From Candidatus Asgardarchaeum abyssi (GTDB lineage: Archaea; Asgardarchaeota; Asgardarchaeia; Asgardarchaeales; Asgardarchaeaceae), in NCBI GenBank assembly GCA_040225955.1, contig JBECUL010000068.1, positions 1 to 10,162 on the forward strand: a stretch of DNA of 10,162 nucleotides, in the 5' to 3' direction. Shown here piece after piece: positions 1 to 6,642 of this stretch. Each line of letters starts with the position of its first letter. Position 1 is the stretch's first letter. The notes beneath the pieces were generated by a model. That model did no database searches, was not told the DNA's origin, and worked only from the letters and a program-made list of their open reading frames with translations. Made by a program: the position numbers and the translations under genes.

Positions 1-17
1 GTTTTTAAAATTTTGCG
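1..17 (-). promoter_or_regulatory. Possible BRE/TATA promoter inside the IS left end, directed leftwards into the element
   Basis: Minus strand CGCAAAATTTTAAAAAC, a purine-rich BRE-like run followed by TTTTAAA. The downstream gene is not visible. Confidence 0.35.
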
Positions 18-94
18 TTCCCACCACCCAGCCCCCTCCCTCCCAGACCGCATTCATCCCCCAGATATAATCTGGGGCTTTCTGCGGTATTCTT
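1..94 (-). mobile_element. Left end of an IS200/IS605-family element that continues beyond the left edge of the window
   Basis: Minus strand reads TTAC|AAGAATACCGCAG-AAAG-CCCCAGAT-TAT-ATCTGGGG-GATGAATGCGGT. This is a TTAC target tetranucleotide (98-95), an AAAG guide at the foot of a perfect 8-bp hairpin (59-66/70-77) and an outer stem (47-52/83-88). The same TTAC/AAAG/hairpin layout defines the ISHp608 left end. No tnpA or tnpB of this element lies in the window. Confidence 0.7.
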
Positions 95-98
95 GTAA

Positions 99-269
99 TA
101 CCTGAATGTGGTGGCAATAAAGCACCGAAAGGGCAATGTGATGTGGGGCTTGTGGGGTTACCCTGAACGGGGTCAAGACCAATGACTTGCTCCCTATGAA
201 CCCAGAGGGAGCTGAGGCTGATGAGGCCAAGGTGGATGTTCGCTCACCAATGCGGACATCCACTGAACC
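99..269 (+). mobile_element. Degenerate 3' end and right end of a tnpB-carrying IS200/IS605- or IS607-type element (reRNA/omega-RNA-like region)
   Basis: GC-rich island. 101-136 translates PECGGNKAPKGQ, which resembles a TnpB zinc-ribbon fragment. 141-185 translates MWGLWGYPERGQDQ*, which resembles an archaeal TnpB C-terminal tail. Hairpins lie at 189-195/206-212 and 232-243/252-263. The island ends where larA-like coding resumes (~268-271). The TnpB similarity is recalled, not searched. Confidence 0.6.
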
Positions 270-745
270 CCATCTACCTCTTTCATTACTCTATTAATGT
301 GCACCTCTGTTTTTCTGGTTGTTTTTCCAATGTACAATACTTCTTTATCATTAGTTGCATCATGTAGAATTATTCTCCCACGGAAAACATTATAGTATTT
401 TCCTAGGATCACAGTTGTTAACTCATAAGACGTAGGTGGTCTATGAGCTCCAGTAGCAACAATTATTCTTACGTCCTTACCCTTTATCATGGGAAATATA
501 GCATCAATTGTCTTCTCTGTAGGAGTGAAACGTGTAGCGTCATTAACTATAATTAGTATGCGATTATTTTTTCTTAAAAAATCACTTAAAGAAAAACCTA
601 TAGCGGATTTCTCGACAGCATTTTGTATTAAGCTAAGATAATTCTTTTTCTCAACAGTTATCGGACTAATAATCTCAGTAGTTGCAGTTTTAGGAAGCTC
701 TATGTATTTCTCCTTCAAAAATCTCAGATTTAATTTGATCTTCAT
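194..745 (-). pseudogene. larA: Lactate racemase (LarA/nickel-pincer) family gene, N-terminal ~160 aa only, interrupted by the mobile element
   Basis: Motifs IIVNDATR, ATGAHR, ILHDA and GKTTRKTEVHINR match the LarA N-terminal domain. After KEVDGV (268-266) the expected His..AG.SGG.K catalytic segment is replaced by 23 unrelated residues read from the GC-rich insert. LarA proteins are normally ~400 aa or longer. Confidence 0.8.
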
Positions 746-784
746 TGTCAGACCTTCGTGGAATATTAGCTAAAGAAAATTAGC

Positions 785-808
785 AAAAAAGATTTATAGC
801 ATTTTTCA
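785..808. promoter_or_regulatory. Overlapping divergent BRE/TATA promoters for larA (-) and the winged-helix gene (+)
   Basis: Plus strand AAAAAAGATTTATA (786-798 region) and minus strand GAAAAATGCTATAAAT share the same AT core between two divergent genes. Confidence 0.4.
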
Positions 809-854
809 TAACATTTCTACAGAAACTTCTTTGTAGAGGTGACTCTGATGTCTG

Positions 855-1238
855 GTGATTGTTTTGTATATAATCGCCAATAATAAATCTCTAAGTCAAC
901 CAGCCAGCTTCTTCTCTACGAATTTTGAGATAATAAAAGAGGAGCATCTCCTTCTTCTTCTCAAGGCATCTCTGAAACCAAGAGCCATAAGAATATTTTT
1001 AAACATAGCACATAAGATTGAAATGCACCGTGGAAGACTTAACTTCTCTAGGCTTCTTAAATTAAGTGAGAGAGAATTGAAAATTCCAGAGTCTACATTG
1101 AAATGGAATTTAAAGAAATTTAAGGACATTGGCCTCATAGAATATGATTACGGTGAACCCATAGATCTTACATCTCTTGGAAGGCTCTTATATGCCATCT
1201 TAAAAAAAGAAATAGAGTATAAAAATAATTATACATAA
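855..1238 (+). CDS. Winged helix-turn-helix protein, probable transcription regulator (true start possibly TTG at 864)
   Basis: ELKIPESTLKWNLKKFKDIGLIEY...IDLTSLGRLL is a typical HTH recognition helix plus wing with an LT..G motif. GGTGA at 854-858 precedes TTG 864. A T-tract follows the stop. Confidence 0.8.
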   Translation: MIVLYIIANNKSLSQPASFFSTNFEIIKEEHLLLLLKASLKPRAIRIFLNIAHKIEMHRGRLNFSRLLKLSERELKIPESTLKWNLKKFKDIGLIEYDYGEPIDLTSLGRLLYAILKKEIEYKNNYT

Positions 1239-1252
1239 TCTTTTTTATTTTT
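1239..1252 (+). terminator. Oligo-T archaeal terminator candidate
   Basis: TCTTTTTTATTTTT directly after the stop of the winged-helix gene, between convergent genes. Confidence 0.4.
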
Positions 1253-2069
1253 AGAATGTTTGTAAAACCCCTCTTCGTCTTGCTATGTTTTCAATGCGAC
1301 AAAGTATAAGATATCCAAGTATAAAGTAGAAAACAGTAAGACCGATAAGTATGAAAACGTAATTCAAAACTTGTGACAACGTAGCTCCGAAAACAACTAC
1401 TTCTTGTACAGCCATTATGGAGTAGGTTAGTGGTATACACCATGATATGTACTGCATAAAGATTGGAAGTGAAGTTACTGGAAAGAATATTCCGCAGAAT
1501 AAGTAGATAATTGGTTGTAACATGTTGATTAGAGCATTGCTTTCTTTAACAAGTAAAGTTACTCCAGCAAATATTATGCCGAATCCCATTAAACTTAGAA
1601 TTGAAAGCACAAATATTAAAATAAAAGCTATAGGGTCTCTGATCATCGGATTAAAGCCAAATACAAAATGTCCGAAGATTACTGCAATTCCAACAAACCA
1701 CATTGTAGAAACAAGGTCAAATATAGAATAGCCAATTATTAGCGACAATTTGTTTATGGGAGCAGCAAATACAAACTCAAGAGTTCCTTCCCATTGTTCT
1801 CTTCGTAATGCAAGTCCGCTTCCCCAGAACATACCAGAGACAAACATAAGCATGCCCATTCCAGTAACTATATAGTTTGTGAAAAGTGTGGTATCTCCCT
1901 GAGGCCCTATAAATGCATATCCAAACATTACAAATAAAGTAACCCAAAGAAACGGTTGGAGAAAATTTACAATCAACCATGCCATATAACGTCTAAACCT
2001 TATCCACTCACGCCAGATTACTATTGACATAACCATAAAAAAGTTTGGCAATCGTTTATTAACTCTCAT
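1251..2069 (-). CDS. ABC-2 type exporter permease
   Basis: About six hydrophobic helices, with the motifs LRREQWEGTLEFVFAAP and GIFFPVTSLP..MQYIS..IPLTY. ATG 2069 overlaps the end of the ATPase gene (stop at 2061-2059). Confidence 0.92.
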   Translation of the reverse strand: MRVNKRLPNFFMVMSIVIWREWIRFRRYMAWLIVNFLQPFLWVTLFVMFGYAFIGPQGDTTLFTNYIVTGMGMLMFVSGMFWGSGLALRREQWEGTLEFVFAAPINKLSLIIGYSIFDLVSTMWFVGIAVIFGHFVFGFNPMIRDPIAFILIFVLSILSLMGFGIIFAGVTLLVKESNALINMLQPIIYLFCGIFFPVTSLPIFMQYISWCIPLTYSIMAVQEVVVFGATLSQVLNYVFILIGLTVFYFILGYLILCRIENIARRRGVLQTF

Positions 2070-3087
2070 CACTTAAACCACGTCCTGTTAGTTTTATAAA
2101 TACGTCTTCAAGTGTGGGTTCAACAATTTGAACTTTAGAAATCTTTAAACCATATTTTTTAACTAAAATATCTAAAATATCTGGAAGTATATCATCACCA
2201 TTTTCTGTTATTATTCGTAGCCTATTAAGTAAGTGTCCATTACCATTTGCCATTTCGGATGAGATGGCGATTATATCCTCTGAAATAAAAATTTCAGAGG
2301 ATATTTCTCTATTTATTTCACCTTGAATTTCAACAATTATAGTAGTGCTTTCTTCTACCATATGTTTCAGATTTTCAGGTGTGTCTAAAGCTATTATTTT
2401 TCCCTTATTTATGATAGCTATTCTGTCGCAAAGTTCATCAGCTTCCTTCATGTAATGAGTTGTAAGAATTATGGTTTTATTTTCTAATTTTGATAGTTGA
2501 TCTTTGATGAAATGCCTTAATTCTTTTGCAGCTACGGGATCCAATCCTAATGTTGGCTCATCTAATATAAGTACTGGTGGATCATGTAGTAATGCTCTAG
2601 CGATGGCAAGTTTTTGCTTCATTCCAAGGCTGTATCTCATAACTAAATCGTCTGCTCTATCACTAAGGTGCATTATTTCTAAAAGTTCATTTATCCTCCT
2701 TTCAGATTCTTTCTTATTTAAACCGTATAACCTAGCAAAAAATTTCAGATTCTCTCTTCCCGTTAATCTATAATAGAATTGTCTCTCCCTACCACCACTT
2801 ACTAGGCCTACATTAAGTTGTACCATTCTTGTATCTTTAATTACATCATAACCTAGGACTTTTGCAAACCCATCATCCGGGTATAGTAATCCTGCTAGAA
2901 TCATAGATAATGTTGTTTTCCCTGCGCCATTTGGTCCTAAAACTCCGAAAAGCTCACCAGACCTTATTTTTAAAGTTATACCATCTAAAGCTCGAACTTC
3001 TTCAGAGATGGACCTTGGTGGTATTAACTTTTTCCATTTCCTTGTTTTGTAAATTTTTACTAAGTTCTCTGTCTCGATAACATTCAT
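2059..3087 (-). CDS. ABC exporter ATP-binding subunit (DrrA/CcmA-like multidrug type, with C-terminal extension)
   Basis: Walker A GPNGAGKTT, signature YSLGMKQK, Walker B ILDEPT, H-loop LTTH and C-terminal EPTLEDVF. RBS GAGGTGA at 3098-3092. Confidence 0.95.
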   Translation of the reverse strand: MNVIETENLVKIYKTRKWKKLIPPRSISEEVRALDGITLKIRSGELFGVLGPNGAGKTTLSMILAGLLYPDDGFAKVLGYDVIKDTRMVQLNVGLVSGGRERQFYYRLTGRENLKFFARLYGLNKKESERRINELLEIMHLSDRADDLVMRYSLGMKQKLAIARALLHDPPVLILDEPTLGLDPVAAKELRHFIKDQLSKLENKTIILTTHYMKEADELCDRIAIINKGKIIALDTPENLKHMVEESTTIIVEIQGEINREISSEIFISEDIIAISSEMANGNGHLLNRLRIITENGDDILPDILDILVKKYGLKISKVQIVEPTLEDVFIKLTGRGLSDES

Positions 3088-3091
3088 ACTA

Positions 3092-3232
3092 TCACCTCAA
3101 AGATGTAAAAATCTGAAAATTCCATGTTAGCGCCTTACTTATCAACGCATTTCTCCTTATGACTCTTTTTTGAAAGGCCTTTTGTTCAAAAATTCTTAAG
3201 CTATTATCCATATTCATAATCTTCAACTCCAT
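3092..3232 (-). CDS. Putative small basic protein, 46 aa (MELKIMNMDNSLRIFEQKAFQKRVIRRNALISKALTWNFQIFTSLR)
   Basis: Translated by hand; absent from the supplied ORF track. Open from ATG 3232 to TGA 3094-3092, which is part of the ATPase RBS and ends 4 nt before the ATPase ATG. No recognisable family. Confidence 0.4.
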   Translation of the reverse strand: MELKIMNMDNSLRIFEQKAFQKRVIRRNALISKALTWNFQIFTSLR

Positions 3233-3508
3233 TTTTCTGAAGTTCTATAGTTTTTTATGACTAAACTGGTATTTAAATTTATCGATATGGATAAAAGCTT
3301 CATAAAAATGAAGAAAGAAGATAAGCATTCTCTGTATTATCTTTTGAAATCAAATATAACTGTGGAAATTTATCTGAATTTAGCATATACTATAATTTAT
3401 GCAAAAAATAGAAATTATGAACAAGCACATTTGCAAAATTCATATTACATAGGCATAACGTAATATATAATGTGATTTCAAATATGGAAAGAGAATAGTA
3501 GGTAGCAA

Positions 3509-3886
3509 CTAAAATCTATTTCGAAATTTCGAGAAAGCATCATCGTTTGCATTTGCAAGAGCATCTATGGTTTTTCTCATATCAACCAATCTTACAAACT
3601 TTTCTTTTCTTACTTCATTTGTATATGATGCCTTATACCTAAGCTCAACCGTAATGAGTCCCATTTTCTTAAGCTTGTCTACCGCTTTATCAATTCGCTT
3701 AATATCAAAATCAATAGGCCAATCGAAGAAAGAATAAAATTTTATTAGATCACCGTATAGCTCAGAAAGCCAAAGGACTCCATAATATGACGAAAGAACC
3801 CTTAGGATGCTCAAGAGTAATTTAGCCTCGGGATCTTTTTCTTCTTCATCTAAAAATTTTGCTACAATTTCTTCAATTGAAGACAT
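3509..3886 (-). CDS. Hypothetical protein, probable winged-helix fold
   Basis: RBS AGAGGT at 3898-3893. The pattern ILRVL...WLSEL...RIDKAVDKLKKMGLITVE...KFVRL fits helix-helix-helix followed by a beta wing. Confidence 0.7.
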   Translation of the reverse strand: MSSIEEIVAKFLDEEEKDPEAKLLLSILRVLSSYYGVLWLSELYGDLIKFYSFFDWPIDFDIKRIDKAVDKLKKMGLITVELRYKASYTNEVRKEKFVRLVDMRKTIDALANANDDAFSKFRNRF

Positions 3887-4027
3887 AAAAATACCTCTTA
3901 GCTTTTATTAATCTAATTAGAACATCTCAAGCTAATTAAAGTTTTTCAATGTGTAAAAATAGAAATAATTTTATTAAGAACTTATTAGCAATAAACTAAT
4001 ACCTTAAAAATTCTTTTAGTGCTAGCA

Positions 4028-4795
4028 ATGATATATCAACTTTTTATTATAGATAAGTACATAGGAACCGCTCATTTTATTTACAAAATTTCTCAATACA
4101 AAAAAATAAGAGAGACAGACCAGTTAGTGTCTGGTCTAATAACAGCATTAAATCACATTAGTGAATATATCTTTATGGAGCGATTTCAAATAATTGAGCT
4201 TAAGGATAAGAAATTAATAATTACAGCATGTCATGAGAAGGAATTTGAAAGAATAGTAGCCCTGGCCCTTGTTGATAAGAGGGATAACCCTCTTGCCGTA
4301 TCTAGAATCTCTAGGAAACTAATTAGGATGTTTGTAAAAAGAGGTTATTATAAGAGATATAAGTATTCATTTCTATTTGAAGAACAAGCTAAAAGAATTA
4401 TAAGAGGGAGGACTATTTTGAGAGAAAGGGATCTTTCTTCTACACTATTTGGAGCTATTATTAGTGCTCTTATCATATTTGCAGGGAGTTTTTTCTATTA
4501 TAGAATGAAGGTTCCTTGGGATCTTATCAATGTTGCGCTTGCAGCTTTAGGATTATTTTTTTCTGGATTCTGTATTGGCGATAAAAGAATATCGATTTAT
4601 GTAGCTTTTGCAGCTTCAGTTATTGTATGTTTTATTTTCGTCTTCACAAATTTGTTATATGCTTATGCTTTTAATTTTTCCTCGGTTGAAAGTATTGTAG
4701 CATATATTATAGTAACTACACTTATGAGCGTTATTTCGGTATTTTCAGGCTCAGAGATTGCTGAGCACTTCTTTTTATTCGAAAAGGTGGTATAA
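4028..4795 (+). CDS. Longin-like domain plus four-TM membrane protein, paralogue A (255 aa)
   Basis: The N-terminal ~115 aa follow a beta-beta-alpha-beta-beta-beta-alpha longin pattern (MIYQLFIID..G...F; LVSGLITALNHIS; IIELKDKKLII; VALALVDKRD; ISRKLIRMF). The C-terminal half has four hydrophobic segments. ATG 4028 is preferred over GTG 4019 because it aligns with the start of paralogue B. Confidence 0.7.
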   Translation: MIYQLFIIDKYIGTAHFIYKISQYKKIRETDQLVSGLITALNHISEYIFMERFQIIELKDKKLIITACHEKEFERIVALALVDKRDNPLAVSRISRKLIRMFVKRGYYKRYKYSFLFEEQAKRIIRGRTILRERDLSSTLFGAIISALIIFAGSFFYYRMKVPWDLINVALAALGLFFSGFCIGDKRISIYVAFAASVIVCFIFVFTNLLYAYAFNFSSVESIVAYIIVTTLMSVISVFSGSEIAEHFFLFEKVV

Positions 4796-4796
4796 T

Positions 4797-5564
4797 ATGC
4801 TTAACGCTTTCTTCATAATAGATGAGAAAGGAAATGTTATGCTTACTCATTTTTTTCTTAAAGATATAGATATAGATTCTGAGAAAATTGCCCTCTTTAT
4901 TACCGCTCTTCTAAACTTTAGTAAAGATGCTTTTGAAGAAGAAATGCAAGTTGTCACATATTCAACCAAAAGGCTTATTATAACGGCTGAAAAGAATTAC
5001 ACTCTTGATAGAATGGTAATTGGAGTGGGGGTTTTTGATATTATAGACCATAAGGAAAAGGCAATAAGTGTATTGAAGATTATTCTAAAAGAGTATATTA
5101 AACAAGTTTTACAGAAAGGTATTAATGAGAAAAAATACAAAGATTACATCACGAGATATGTCTTGGAAAATACAGAAACGAGAAGGAATATATTATTTCT
5201 ATTGTCATTAATCGTAATAATTATTAGTAATTACTTAGGAACCGTTTTGTTTCTCATGTTAAAAAGCCCTATCACCAGCGTTATGATCTTACCTTCATTT
5301 TTAGTACTTTCTGGGTACTTTATAGGAAGAAAAATGACAGCAGCTACTGTGGCTATAATGATAAGTGTAATATACGCTCTGTTAAGCTATCACTTGATAG
5401 AGTGGATATCTGCGCTTGTATATTTAGAGGATTATTTCATGGTAATAACATCGATCGATATATTTTTTACTACATTAGGAGCACATATTAGCGAGAAAAA
5501 CAAACTTAATCCTCAATTCGAATCACTGCTGCCAATATATAAAATTGAAAAAATTTTAAAGTAG
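4797..5564 (+). CDS. Longin-like domain plus four-TM membrane protein, paralogue B (255 aa)
   Basis: ATG 4797 lies 1 nt after the stop of paralogue A, with RBS AGGTGG at 4785-4790. MLNAFFIIDEKGNVML...IALFITALLNFS...KRLIITA...IGVGVFD...VLKIILKEY is a longin-like pattern, followed by four hydrophobic segments. Confidence 0.72.
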   Translation: MLNAFFIIDEKGNVMLTHFFLKDIDIDSEKIALFITALLNFSKDAFEEEMQVVTYSTKRLIITAEKNYTLDRMVIGVGVFDIIDHKEKAISVLKIILKEYIKQVLQKGINEKKYKDYITRYVLENTETRRNILFLLSLIVIIISNYLGTVLFLMLKSPITSVMILPSFLVLSGYFIGRKMTAATVAIMISVIYALLSYHLIEWISALVYLEDYFMVITSIDIFFTTLGAHISEKNKLNPQFESLLPIYKIEKILK

Positions 5565-5566
5565 TA

Positions 5567-6481
5567 TCAATCTTCGGATATGGGTGCTACAAGTATCACA
5601 TATCGACCATCGATCAGAATCAGCGGTGCCAATGTTTTTGGATAATATACCGCTGTAATATATCTATGGAACTTTGATATATATTGCATATCATATCTCA
5701 CTTTAGAGCCTTTCCTTGAGAGATATGCATTATTTAGTGAAATAGACATTTGCGTTTTCCGGAAATATTCATAAACGCATTTATATTTTTCCTCAAATAC
5801 TTTAACTAAGAGTTTTACATAAGATGTAGTAGTGAGTGCCAAGATTCGACTTTTTGAGATAATAATTGGGATTTCATAAAAGGACAATACACTGTCTTTT
5901 ACATCTTTAGGAGAGGAAAAAATTGAGGAAAGTAGCACGATTCCTATATGGGTTAGAAATTGTTTTAAAAAATCATGTTCCAAGAACTCTTCATGTATGG
6001 CCTTAATCTTATCTAAATAGCGAGAAACAACATAAGAAACGATATTTTTTAAGTTTTCAGGAACTGCTAATTCTTTGATTAATAATCTTTCCATATAACG
6101 TATGATTCCAAATTGGGTCAAAATACCTTCATTCATGTACCTAAAAATAAGCCATTCATACTGGTTTAATTTTTCAATAAGCTCAGAAATAAGGCCTATG
6201 ATAGAATCCAGATTTACTTCTTGGTCTATTTTCAATATTGAGAAAAATGAGTTTTTTAAGAAGAAGTGGAAGAGTTTATTAATCTTGATCTCACTAATGT
6301 CATATTCTAAGATATCATTAATAAGAGTTTTAAATGAATTATATGTTTCCGTTACATTGAAATTGTTTTTTAAAAGCGACTTCATCAAAAAGTTCTCTAC
6401 ATTGCCTACTCTTTTAGTAATAGCTTCCCGTATATCATTATCAATCTCGGATGTGATATCATATTTTACAGATTCCATCAT
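5567..6481 (-). CDS. Hypothetical protein with a helical N-terminal region and a C-terminal domain weakly resembling one PCNA/sliding-clamp domain
   Basis: A 304-codon ORF fills the gap between genes, so the CDS itself is well supported. The PCNA resemblance rests only on RILALTTTSYVKLLV, YDMQYI and PLILIDGRYVILVAPISED. Confidence 0.75.
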   Translation of the reverse strand: MMESVKYDITSEIDNDIREAITKRVGNVENFLMKSLLKNNFNVTETYNSFKTLINDILEYDISEIKINKLFHFFLKNSFFSILKIDQEVNLDSIIGLISELIEKLNQYEWLIFRYMNEGILTQFGIIRYMERLLIKELAVPENLKNIVSYVVSRYLDKIKAIHEEFLEHDFLKQFLTHIGIVLLSSIFSSPKDVKDSVLSFYEIPIIISKSRILALTTTSYVKLLVKVFEEKYKCVYEYFRKTQMSISLNNAYLSRKGSKVRYDMQYISKFHRYITAVYYPKTLAPLILIDGRYVILVAPISED

Positions 6482-6642
6482 AAACCCTTTAATTAAAGAC
6501 AGTAAGGATATTTAAAATACGAATTTTTGTGAAGTTAAAGTATATTAATATCTATCTTATTTTATTATTATTGTAACATATTTATGGTACTAAGCGATGA
6601 GGGGCAAATTGCATATTTATTGTTTATCTGGTGTTGGTGTAT

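Noticed and set aside
54-263. 69-aa minus-strand ORF
   Set aside because: Lies wholly in the GC-rich IS-derived island and crosses the inferred junction. No protein-like motifs.
1-269. Self-splicing intron or IStron that would restore larA
   Set aside because: The tnpB-like relic is antisense to larA. I see no group I/II intron boundary motif or convincing bulge-helix-bulge at the junction, and the far junction is outside the window.
896-1138. 80-aa ORF
   Set aside because: Antisense shadow of the winged-helix gene.
1522-1980. ORFs 1522..1731 (+) and 1777..1980 (-)
   Set aside because: Antisense and alternative-frame shadows inside the ABC permease.
2504-2773. 89-aa ORF
   Set aside because: Antisense to the conserved ABC ATPase core.
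3257-3463. 68-aa plus-strand ORF in the intergenic region
   Set aside because: No RBS, no motif and very AT-rich. It overlaps the likely promoter region of the ABC operon. Cannot be fully excluded.
4028-5564. Calling the longin-TM proteins SNAREs (VAMP7/Sec22-like)
   Set aside because: The linker between the N-domain and the first TM helix is too short for a ~60-aa SNARE coiled coil, and there are four TM helices rather than one.
6102-6515. 137-aa plus-strand ORF
   Set aside because: Antisense to the longer 304-aa ORF. Its Ser/Ile/Phe-rich composition is typical of a shadow frame.
6590-6635. Possible C/D box sRNA or riboswitch upstream of glpK (GCGATGA...)
   Set aside because: No matching CTGA D box and no convincing stem.
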